Below, one piece after another: positions 22,562-34,107 of a stretch of DNA of 64,000 nucleotides; the stretch's first letter is position 1, and every line of letters begins with the position of its first letter. Source of the stretch: Mobula hypostoma (lineage: Eukaryota). The DNA lies in contig NC_086097.1 of assembly GCF_963921235.1 (NCBI RefSeq), positions 20,276,001 to 20,340,000 of the forward strand, read 5' to 3'. The notes below the pieces were generated by a model. It was given only the letters and a program-made list of their open reading frames with translations, was not told the DNA's origin and ran no database searches. The position numbers and the translations under genes were made by a program.

Positions 22562-24241
22562 CTGCAGACAGACAGGAAATACTTGGAATAAAGGTAGAAG
22601 CTGATGGCCAGGTGCGGCCAATGACTAGGTGAGTACACAGTCAAGTCCAAGCTTAAACATCAAGATGTCCAATTGCGTTTTTAAACCCTAACAATGAGAA
22701 TGGGGAGAGATGAAGCTCAAAGAGAAGGAAGCACAAATAGAACAGTGAAACTGCTTCCCAGGTACAAAGAGAGGAAAGGACTGAGATCTTTCACTAAGCT
22801 CCTGTCAAAGGCACCACAAGCCGCAGATAGTATTCCACCACCACCACCACCCTCCGGATTGAAATGTCTAGTATGGTGGATTAGGCTGCATAATTGTTAT
22901 TTTCCTAGTAGTTTAACTTTCTTAGACTTGTTTGTATTTTTATATAATCAACCTATATACATGTTCAGTAATGAGTTTTCTAGTGGTTGTAGTTGGCTCT
23001 ATATTTTTCTGGAAACTTCTTGGTTTCAGTGGTGGGCATCACATTACTTGAATGAGGGTGGTGGTGGAGGAGAATTGGTTCTTGTCAAGAAAGAAGTGGA
23101 GAGCTTTGAGGCCTTCTTGATGAGGGATAGAAGTGTATGGGGACTGGGCAACCATGGTGAAGATGAGTAGTGAGGGCCAGGGAAATGAAAGTTACTGAAG
23201 AGATCAACAGCATGAGAAGTGTCACAGATGTAGGTAGGGACTGAACCAAGGGGATAGAAAGGAATTGAGGTATGAGGACAAGAGTTCAATGGGACAGGAA
23301 CAGGCACAGACCCAGATAGTCCGGTTTATGGATCTTGGGTAGGAAGTAGGAGGTAGTAGTCTCTCTCAATTCTTTCCCCTTAGGCTCTCTTTCTGTTCTC
23401 TTTTCTTTTTCCCTCCGTCTCTCACCATGCTTGTCCCCTCATTTTCTTTGTTCTTGTAACACTTAATGACAGTCTCAGAATAGAGTCCTTTTAGAATGGA
23501 AAGGAGCAATTTCTTTAGTTGGGAAGTGGTGAATCTACGGAATTTGTTGTCACAGGCAGCTGTAGAGGCCAAGTCTTTACGTACATTTTAAGCAGAGATC
23601 AATAGATTCTTGATTGGTCAGGACATGAAGGGATACAGGGAGAAGACAGGAGACTGGGGCTGAGAGGGAAAATGAATCAGCAGACTCGGGCTAAATGGTC
23701 TAACTCTGCGCCTATATCTTATGGTCTTGTGGTTAATAAAATGATCATAAGCAATGAGCTTTATGCCTCATTCTTAACTTCTGCAAAAGCATCAGGAGCC
23801 AACGACTATGCCAGGGGTGGTGGTAGAGCAGACAGCAAAGGGAGCATTTAAGGGACTCTTCAAAAGGCATGTGAATATACTGAGAAAGGAGGGATGTGGT
23901 CAATGTACAGGGAATCAAATATCATTGGCATATGTCATGAGATTTGTTGAGGGATTAAATAAATTAAGAGTCATTGGTTTAATTAGTTCACCACAACATC
24001 ATAGGCAAAGGACCAGATCAAAGTCAGCATTTTCCCTTGTAGATTCACTAATATGCTGTTCAAGAAGCTATAACAGATACATTGTAATGATGTCCTCCTC
24101 GAGAATACCTTGACCAGTTCTTGTGCAAGTTAAAGTCCTCCATGACAAAGGGCCTGTACTGTTCCATGTTCTATACACATCTGTCAATTTCTCCATGATT
24201 AATCTGTAGGAAAGAAAACTCACAGGTGTTCAGAAACTCAC

Positions 24242-24407
24242 TTGTGGGTTTTCAGGTGATATTTCAGATGGGCGTGCCAGAGGAAAGTCCTGCTGCAGCC
24301 TTCATAGGAGCACTTGAGGGTCTTCTCACCCTGTGGAGTCTCTTGATTCACCTCAGTTGGCGCACCTTCCATAGAATCTGCTGCACCGCAGCTGTCCTCT
24401 GACTCTC
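24242..24407 (-). CDS. ZNF410: ZNF410 coding exon 4 (zinc finger 1)
   Basis: Encodes ...EKTLKCSYEGCSRTFLWHAHLKYHLKTH. Acceptor tttgttccccag, donor gtgagt, 166 nt. Confidence 0.93.
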
Positions 24408-24709
24408 CTGGGGAACAAACATCAGAGGTTGCAACTAGAGCCTCCGCTATTCAGGGTTGGGCTGCGGGGAGGACAGAAGGGGGAAGCTTTTTCCAGCTAT
24501 GGCAATCCTGATATGAACATGCTTCAAGTCTATGCGGCTAGCTTTAGGGCCTTTGGACCGGAGGGGAGATCACCACGATCGGTAGTCCCTCATTAACACT
24601 AAAGGTTGTAAAATACTTTGGGATCCCCAGAAAGTCTGAACAGCAGCATATAAATTTAAGATTATTATTCTCTCTTTTAAATTTTAATGGGAATGGACAG
24701 AAAATCCAA

Positions 24710-25090
24710 ATAACACACCCAAATTGCGGGAGGAACTCAGCAGGCCAGGCAATATCTATGGAAAAGAGAAAACAGTCGACGTTTCGGGCCGAGACCCTTC
24801 ATGAGGACTGGAAAGGAAGAAGTCAGAGTAAGGTGGTGGGGGGAGAAGCAGAAGAAATACAAAGTGGTAGATAATAGGTGAAACCGGGAGAGGGGGAGGG
24901 GTGAAGTAAAGAGCTGGGAACTTGATTGGTGAAAGAGGTAAAGGGCTGGAGAAGGGGGAATCTGATAGGAGGGAAGACTATGGAAGAAAGGGAAGGGAGT
25001 GGCGCACCAGTGGGAGGTGTTGGGCAGATAAGGAGTTGAGGTGAGTGAGGGAAATAGGAATGGGGAATGGTGAAAGAGCGGGGGGAATTG
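24710..25090 (-). mobile_element. Old PLE 3' terminal repeat
   Basis: Same terminal family. Hammerhead at about 24774-24809 has CUCAUGA in place of CUGAUGA. Confidence 0.7.
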
Positions 25091-25459
25091 CATACTTCTT
25101 GCTACTAACAAAATACTCAGGCGATCAAGAACAAAGATCCAGGTTGACAGGGTGTGGAGGGAGTTCCTACACGCATAATGGAGGGATGAACACAGAGTAG
25201 AAAACTAAGTGGTCAAGTGGTCAGGGTAAGGAACTAGAGACAGGGAATGAATGAAAGAGGGAAAAAAAAATGATGAATCATGAATCCTCTCTGCAAAATC
25301 TGTTGAGAGGAATGAAATGGAAGTACTATATAATCAGAAGAGTAAGGCTGAAGAAATTTCAGATTCTCCCCGTTCACTGCAAGGGCTCAATTCTGGGGCA
25401 ATAACCAGGTCAGCTGGAGAGAGGCTGGCGTGCGAGGAAACCATCAACACCACTGGCAC

Positions 25460-25639
25460 CTTTTGAATGTTTGACCAGCTGTGCCCTAGTTGCAGCTACG
25501 AGGCTGTCATGCGCCAGTTCCTGAACGCGGAGATACCACGGGGCGCTGCCATCTGCATTTTCACCGGAAGCTGACCTGCCTCCAGCTTCTGGCGCCCCGA
25601 CTTGACTTGGCACCACAGGATCAGAGGCAGAGGAGTCAC
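25460..25639 (-). CDS. ZNF410: ZNF410 coding exon 3
   Basis: Encodes ...ADGSAPWYLRVQELAHDSLVAATRAQLVKHSK (human PWFLRVQELAHDSLIAATRAQL). Acceptor ttctttgtacttcag. Donor uncertain: three in-phase GT options end the exon at 25460, 25451 or 25442. Confidence 0.85.
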
Positions 25640-28617
25640 CTGAAGTACAAAGAAGAACTTGTGTTTACGTGGTGCCCATCACACTCCTTATACATTTCCC
25701 GAAACACCGCACATAGGCAATGGACTGCATTTGAAGTACAGTCAGTGGCAGTGTTGGATACCTGGCAAATTTATACTCAGCAAACTCCCACAAACAGCAG
25801 GATGTTTCGTGAGGGATTACTTATCAAGCAAGGCACAGAGTAGAACTCTGCTGAACTTCAATATGGTCCCACCGGGCATTTTATATCCACCCGAGGCAGC
25901 AGAGAGGGCCCCATAAATAATGTGTAATTTGGATAAACACAACACTCTCAAATAAGCACTGGTGTCAGAGCAACACACAAAATAACCCATAATTTGCAGA
26001 AGAATCATTGATTTTAAAATAAATGAAAGCGAAAGGTTAATCCAGAACCTGGGAGGAAAGGACATGTGGCAAGGCACAGGTAGCCAGGGTGGTGAAGAAG
26101 GCACTTGGTGCACTTGCCTTCTATTGGTCAGGATACTGAGTACAAGAGTTGGAACCTCATGTAACAGCTATACAAGATGTTGTTAAGACCACATTTGGAG
26201 GAATGCGTATAATTCTGGTCACCCTGCTATAGAAAAGATGTTCCTAAATTGGACAGGGCGCTAAAAAGACTTACGAGGACGTTACCAGTACTAGGAGAGG
26301 TTGGATAGACTCGGACTTTTATTCCACCCCACCACCCCCTGGAGCTCAAGAGGCTAAGTGTTGACTTTATAGGGGGTTTGACCTTCAAGAGGAGTCTACC
26401 TGGATGATCAGAGTCTTTTTCTCAGGGTAGGCCAGTCCAAAGTTGGAGGGTATAGATTTAAAAGGGATCTGAAGTTCACCATTTTCCCCACAGAGATTGG
26501 TGAGTAAATGGAACAAGCTGTGAGAGCAAGTGCTGAAAGTGAGTACAATTACATGGTTGAAAGACATTTGAAGAGGTATATGAATAGGAATCATTTAGAG
26601 CAGGAATTCCCAACAACCTGGGTTCCACTGACCCCTTGTTTAATGGCATAAAAAAGGTTGAAAACCCCCGGTTTAGAGGGATATGGGCCAAATACAGGCA
26701 AATGGGACCATTCAGCATGGATAAATTTGGTCAAAGCCCCCAGTTTTCAAACTGCATCACACTATAGCAGGAAGTTTACTGTACAATAAAGATGGATTCA
26801 CAGCAGGTTCAGCCGTTCCTGCTTGGAGCTGCACTAATACAAGGCACGTAGACTGGCCACAGCAGAGGATGGAAATGTTAAGTAAGTGCCAGAGCAAGGG
26901 AGCTCCTATTCCTAGTCACAAACAACAGAAAATCTGCAGATGCTGTAAATCCAAGCAACACACATAAAATGCTGGAGGAACTCGGCAGACTAGGCAGCAT
27001 CTACAGAAAAAAAGTACAAGGTTTTGGGCCAAGACCCTTCTCCTACCCTGTTCCTAATCCTAGTGGCTGGGTTCAGAAGGGAACCAGCTGAAACTTGAGT
27101 ACACATCCCTGGTCTTACTTGGGCCATGAGGACAATGGAACAAAATGTGTAAAAACAGGCTAAAAAAATAGCAATTGGATGCCCTCCTCTCATGAGCACA
27201 ATTGCCAGCTACTCCAATTTAACATCTGGTCCATCTGCAACAACAATTCTTACAAAGCGAGGACACACTGAATGATGAACTAACTTCCACATTCCTGCTG
27301 CCTTTCTACCAATAAGACAAAGAGCTGTGTAACATTAAGGGTCCCAGCAGTACATTGATCAAGACCTTGCTATATTATTTGTCCAAGTTCATTGTCCAGT
27401 TTGTATCTTCTCAAGAGATACAAGCCTAGACAATGAACTTGAAGAAATATGGTTATGTCCCCATCAAATCTTGCCTATTGTTTTTAATGCACCATTCTGA
27501 CTCAATGCTCAATGGTTTGGTATAGCAACTGCTCTGCCCAGGACCGCAAGAAACCACAGAGAACTGTGGACACAGCTCAGCACATCACAGAAACCAGCCT
27601 TTCCTCTCCAGACTCCTATACTTCTCGCTGCCTCAGTAAAGCAGCCAGCATTATCAGAGACCACAGTGATCCTGGACATTTTCTCTTCTTCCCTCTCCCA
27701 TTTGGGAGAAGATGCAAAGGCCTGAAAGCATGTACCATCAAGCTCGAGGACAGCTTCCACTCCACTGTTATAAGGTCCTTGAACAGACCTCCTGTACGGT
27801 GGGATGGACACTCGGCCTCAATCTACTTTTTATGATCTTGCACTTTATGATTTACTTGCACTGCACTTTTTTGGCAGCTTTTACACTTATTCTGTTTTGT
27901 TATTGTTTCACCTTTTTCTAGCTCAATGTACTGTAATGACTTGATCTGTATAAACAGTATGCAAGACAGGTTTTTAGTGTACCTTGATACGTGTGACAAT
28001 AATAAACCAAAACCAATCAAATTCAGCCCTCAATGCAACACAACCTGCCAGTGAGGATCACCAGATTACCCAATGCTCCCTGCAAAATGCAGGTGGAGGC
28101 TTCAGTACGTGCTCCAACTACAACCAAGCAACCTGCTTACACTCAAAGTCTACCAGTACAGGTGATAAAGTGCTGGTGAATAATGCACAGGGAAGAGTCA
28201 GCACCTTCAATAATGCAGCTCAAAGGTAATGAAGAGATCACAGGAGGGTAAAGAAAACATTAAAATTTTAAATGCCTTATCTTTTAAAAAAAAGAAACTT
28301 ACCAATAGCAAAATTCATATTTTAAAAACCCCAGGCACACATTTAACAATTAGAAGGCACATTTAAAGATTAGCTGTTTCACAGAAGCTTTGATTATAGG
28401 CAACACTATTTAATAACTAATTAAAACAATAGCCATTTAGTCTCAATGTCAAACAGAGCTGGACTCTACATTCAAGCAATAAAATGCAGAGAATATGTTA
28501 GGTGGGACTAGGAACATTTCCGAACACAGGGCATTCTCACAAGAATAATTAAACTGACATGGACACAACCCAGCATGTCATAAAACTCCCAAACACACAC
28601 TTGTCTATTCTACTTAC

Positions 28618-28750
28618 CAGAGGGCAAGATTCCGTTGTGTACTGCACTCTTACTGCCTTTTGTTGGAGGTAGACATTGGACTGCACCCTGTGGCTCTTCA
28701 AACCCTTCTCCTAAGGGTATAAATGTATTCTGCACAAACTGCACCAGCAA
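28618..28750 (-). CDS. ZNF410: ZNF410 coding exon 2
   Basis: Encodes LLVQFVQNTFIPLGEGFEEP... (human LLVQFVQNTSIPLGQG). Acceptor ttatttacag, donor G|gtaagt, 133 nt. Confidence 0.92.
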
Positions 28751-28934
28751 CTGTAAATAAACCAGGTCAAGACATCAGCTTTGAGATGCAACTCATCACA
28801 TTTTAGTGGCAGTGTTGCCCAATAAGTGTTGAAATTAAGACAACCACGTGTGATTTTTACATCAAATATCACAGGAGTGAAATATTCTCGAGATAAGCAA
28901 AAGAGAAGAAACAGCCTACAAAGAATATGGACAT

Positions 28935-29580
28935 GGTAATGCTTGACAAAAGAGGGATTGAATTCAAGAGCAGGGAGGTCATGCTGCAACTATACAGGGT
29001 ACTGGTGAGGCCGCACCTGGAGTACTGTGTGCAGTTCTGGTCTCCATACTTGAGGAAGGATATACTGGCTTTGGAGGCAGTGCCGTGGAGGTTCACCAGG
29101 TTGATTCCAGGGATGAAGGGGTTAACCTATGAGGAGAGATTGATTCGCCTGTGACTATACTCTCTAGAGTTCAGAAGAATGAGAGGGGATCTTATAGAAA
29201 TGTACAAAATTTTGAAAGGGATAGATAAGATAGAAGTAGGAAAGTTGTTTCCATCGGTAGGTGAGACTAGAAGTAGATGACATTGCCTCAAGATTCAGGG
29301 GAGAAGATTTAGGACAGAGATGAGGAGAAACTGTTTTTCCCAGAGAGTGGTGAATCTGTGGAATTCTCTGCCCAGGGAAGCAGTTGAGGCTTCTTCACTA
29401 AATAATATTTAAGAAACAGTTAGATAGGTTTTTACATAGTAAGGGAATTAGGGGTTATGGGGAAAAGGCAGGTAGTTGGAGCTGAATTTATGGGCAGATT
29501 AGCCATAATCTTATTGAATGGCAGGGCAGGGTCGATGGGCCGGATGGCCTACTCCTGCTCCTATTTCTTCTTATATTCTA
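28935..29580 (+). mobile_element. CR1 3' fragment; similar fragments at about 1105-2160, 19400-20100, 23460-23730, 26050-26720, 42200-42545, 45590-46020, 49910-50930, 58500-58860, 61115-61660 and 61790-62370
   Basis: LVRPHLEYCVQFWSP motif and CR1 3' UTR (gggcc..atggcctactcctgctcct). Confidence 0.8.
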
Positions 29581-30918
29581 AACCAAAGTCAAACATAGCC
29601 ATGAAAAATGAGATCAGTTGTGCATGATGGTGTCTATGTCATGGTGTCATATCAAGTCCTACTCTCAAACATATGAGCAGACCTAAGCCAACTTTCTAGT
29701 ACAGGTGTCCCCCACTTTTCGAACGTTCGCTTTGCGACATCTCACTGTTACAAAAGACCTACATTAGTTACCTGTTTTCGCTAACAGAAGGTGTTTTCAC
29801 TGTTACGAAAATAGGCAGCGCGCGCCCCGAGTAGCCAAGCTCCTCCCGCAGAACTGCATTTTAGCTGGCATTGCTTAAACACGTGCCTGTGAGCATCTGT
29901 GCTTTATGTCGATTTATTTTGTGCATCCGTTAGCAAGATGAGTTCTAAGGTATCAGTAAAGCCTAAAAGAGCTCGTAAGGGTGTTACACTTAGCGTAAAA
30001 CTAGACATAATTAAGCATTTTGATCGTGGAAAACGGAGTAAGGACAAAGTGAGTTTGGCTTGTGGAAGTTGACGAAGATGATGTTGAAGAGGTTTTGGCA
30101 TCCCATCACCAAGAACTAATAGTTGAAGAGCTGATGCTATTGGAAGATGAAAGGATAACAATCAAAACTGAATGCAGTAGGAAATGGACTGAAAGTGAAG
30201 TTGTCCAGGAAATGAACGTGAAGCAACTGCGTGAGATTTTCACTGCAATTGACAACAACGATTGCGGAAAAGTACGACTTTAATTTTGAAAGGGTACGTA
30301 GGTTTATACTTTATTGTCGCCAAACAATTGACATTAGAACGTACAATCATCACAGCGATATTTGATTCTGCGCTTCCCACTCCCTGGATTACAAATATTA
30401 AAAATAGTAAAAATTAGTAAATATTAAAATTTTAAATTATAAATCATAAATAGAAAATAGAAAAATGGGAAGGAAAGTAGTGCAAAAAAACCGATAGGCA
30501 GGCCCGGATATTTGGAGGGTGCGGCCCAGATCCGGGTCAGGATCTGTTCAGCAGTCTTATCACATTTAGGGCATATTTGCAGGATGGTTTGAGTGCTTAC
30601 AAAGAACTGTATGATAGAAAAATGCGCGAGGCTAAGCAGTCAAGCATACTGTCGTTTTTCAAGCCTTCCACATCAGCCACAGCAGACGACGAACCTCGAC
30701 CTTCGACATCGAGGCAGGCAGACATAAAAGATGACCTACCTGCCCTGATGGAAACAGATGACGATGAGCTGACACCCCAGTGTCACACCACCCCAACTTC
30801 TGATGACTCAGCCTAACACACCATCATCAGTGTGCTCACTGTCTTCCCAATTCCGGTAAGTGATACTACACTGCACATAACATTATTTCTACTTTATCTA
30901 GGCTGTGTATTTTTATGT

Positions 30919-33900
30919 AGTCATAGTCATACTTTATTGATCCCAGGGGGGAAATTGGTTTTCGTTACAGTTGCACCATAAATAATAAATAATCATAGAA
31001 CCATAAATAGTTAAATAGTAATATGTAAATTATGCCAGTAAATTATGAAATAAGTCCAGGACCAGCCTATCGGCACAGGGTGTCTGACCCTCCAAGGGAG
31101 GAGTTGTGAAGTTTGATGGCCACAGGCAGGAATCACATCCTTTGATGCTCTGTGCTGCATCTTGGAGGAATGAGTCTCTGGCTGAATGTGCTCCTGTGCC
31201 CACCCAGTACATTACATAGTGGATGGGAGACATTGACCAAGATGGCATGCAACTTGGACAGCATCCTCTTTTCAAACACCACCGTGAGAGAGTCCAGTTC
31301 CATCCCCACAACATCACTGGCCTTACGAATAAGTTTGTTGATTCTGTTGGTGTCTGCTACCCTCAGCCTGCTGCCCCAGCACACAACAGCAAACATGAAT
31401 GCCTACAGGATGGCTTTTTGGAGCAACTTGTCCAGAAGCCCACCAGGGGACCGGCTGTTTTGGATTGGGTGCTGTGTAACGAACCTGAGGCGATTAGGGA
31501 GCTGGAGGTAAAGGAACCGCTTGGAAGTAGTGATCATAATATGATTGAGTTCAGTTTCAAATTTGAAAAGGAGAAGCTGGTATTAGGTGTATCGATATTT
31601 CAGTAGAACAGGGGAAATTACATTTGTATGAGAGAGGAACTGGCCCAAGTCAATTGGAAAAGTAAACTAAATGGAGGGACGGCAGAGCAGAATTGGATGA
31701 AATTCCTACAAGAAATAAGGAAAATGCAGGAAAAATATATTCCAAGAAAAAAGAAAATCATGAATGGAAAAATGGCACAAATGTGGCTAACGAGAGAGGT
31801 TAAGGCAAAAATAAAAGCAAAAAAAACGGCGTACAAGGAAGCAAAAATTAGTGGGAAAAATGAGGACTGGAAGACCTTTAAAAACTTACAGAAAGAAACT
31901 AAGAAAGTCATTAGGAAAGAAAAGATGAATTATGAAAGGAAGTTGGCGATTAACATAAAAAAAGGATACTAAGAGTTTTTTTTAAATATATGAAGAGTAA
32001 AAGAGTGACAAGGGTAGATATGGGACCGATTGAAAATGATGCTGGAGTAATTATAATGGATAACAAAGAGATGGCGGAGGAACTGAATGAGTATTTTGCA
32101 TCAGTCTTCACAGTGGAAGACATGAGCAATATACCTGATAGCCAGAGGTATCAGGGAATAGAATTAGGTACAGTCAAGATAACTAGAGAGAAAGTGCTTG
32201 GGAAGCTAAGTGGACTAAGAATAGATAAGTCTCCCGGCCCGGATGAGGTGCACCCAAGGTTTCTGAAGGAGGTGGCTTTGGAGATTGTGGAAGCATTGGA
32301 AATGATCTTCCAGGAATCAATAGACTCTGGCATGGTTCCGGAGGACTGGAAGGTCGCAAATGTAGTTCCGTTATTTAAGAAAGGAAGGAGGCAGCAAAAA
32401 GAAATTTACAGACCTATTAGTCTGACATTAGTAGTTGGAAAGATATTGGAGTCAATCCTCAAGGATGAGGTTATGAAATACCTCGAGGTGCATGACAAGA
32501 TAGGCCGAAGCCAGCATGGTTTCATGAAGGGAAGATCCTGCCTTACCAACTTATTGGAATTTTTTGAGGTAATCTCGAATAAGATTGACAAGGGAGAGGC
32601 TGTGGATGTTGTGTATTTGGATTTTCAAAAGGCCTTCGATAAGGTGCCGCATATGAGGCTGCTTAATAAGATGAGAGCCCATGGAATTATAGGAAAGATA
32701 TTGAAATGGGTGGAGCATTGGCTGATAGGCAGAAAGCAAAGGGTGGGACTAAAGGGATCCTATTCTGATTGGTTGCCGGTTACTAGTGGTGTTCCACAGG
32801 GGTCGGTGTTGGGGCCGCTTCTTTTTACGCTGTATATCGATGATTTGGATTATGGATTAAATGGTTTTGTGGCCAAGTTTGCGGATGACACCAAGATAGG
32901 TGGAGGAGCAGGAAATGTTGAAGAAACGGAAAGGTTGCAGAGAGACTTAGTCAGTTTAGGAGAGTAGGCAAAGAAATGGCAGATGAGATACAATGTTGAC
33001 AAATGTACGGTTGTACATTTCGGAAGAAGAAATAATCGGGCAGGTTATTATTTAGATGGGGAGAAAATTCAAAAATCGGAAGTGCAGAAGGACTTGGGGG
33101 TCCTCGTGCAGGATACCCTAAAGGTTAACCACCAAGTTGGATTGGCGGTAAGGAAAGCGAATGCTATGTTGGCATTCATTTCAAGAGGAATAGTGTATAA
33201 GAGTAAGGAGGTGTTGATGAGGCTCTATGGGGCATTAGCGAGACCTCATTTGGAATACTGTGTGCAGTTTTGGGCCCCCTATCTTTGAAAGGATATACTG
33301 ATGTTGGAGAGAGTTCAGAGAAGATTTACAAGGATGATTCCTGGAATGCAGGGGCTAACATATGAGGAGCGTCTGTCGGCTCTTGGATTGTATCCATTAG
33401 AGTACAGAAGAATGAGAGGGGATCTCATAGAAACATTTCGAATGTTGAAAGGGTTGTACAGAGTAGATGTGGAAAGGTTGTTTCCCTTGGTGGGTGAGTC
33501 CAGGACAAGAGGCCATAGTCTTAGAATTAGAGGGTACCCAGTTAAAACAGAGATGAGGAGAAATTTTTTTAGCCAGAGGGTCATGGATTTGTGGAATTCG
33601 TTGCCACATATGGCTGTGGAGGCCCGATCATTGAGGGTGTTTAAGGAGGATATTGACAGGTATCTAATTAGTCAGGGTATCAAGGGATATGGGGAAAAAG
33701 CCGGAAATTGGAACTAGATGGGTGAATAGTTTAGCTCATGGGGGAGCTGCGGAGCAGACTCAATGGGCCGAATGGCCTACTTCTGCTCCTTTGTCTTGTC
33801 TTGTGATGATAGCACTGGCCACCACAGACCCGTAGAACATCCTCAGCATCCTCTGGCAGATGTTAAAGGACCTCAGTCTCCTCAGGAAGTAGAGACGGCT

Positions 33901-34107
33901 CTGACCCTTCTTGTAGACAGCCTCAGTATTCTTTTACCAGTCCAGTTTATTGTCAATTCGTATCCCCCGGTATTTGTAATCCTCCACCATGTCCACACTG
34001 ACCCCCTGGATGGAAACAGGGGTCACCGGTACCTTAGCTCTCCTCAGGTCTACCACCAGCTCCTTAGTCTTTTTCACATTAAGCTGCAGATAATTCTGCT
34101 CACACCA
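30919..34107 (-). mobile_element. Rex1/Babar-like LINE 3' fragment split by a CR1
   Basis: Encodes FAVVCWGSRLRVADTNRINKLIRKAS...NVSHPL...TFSQRL, with a (GACTAT) tail. TSD TTATGT at 30913-30918 and 34108-34113. Confidence 0.75.
31399..33805 (+). pseudogene. 5'-truncated CR1 ORF2 with stops and frameshifts
   Basis: ORF pieces 31223-33717 carry SDHNMI, LDFQKAFD, GVPQGS and FADD. Short TSD ATGA. Confidence 0.9.
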
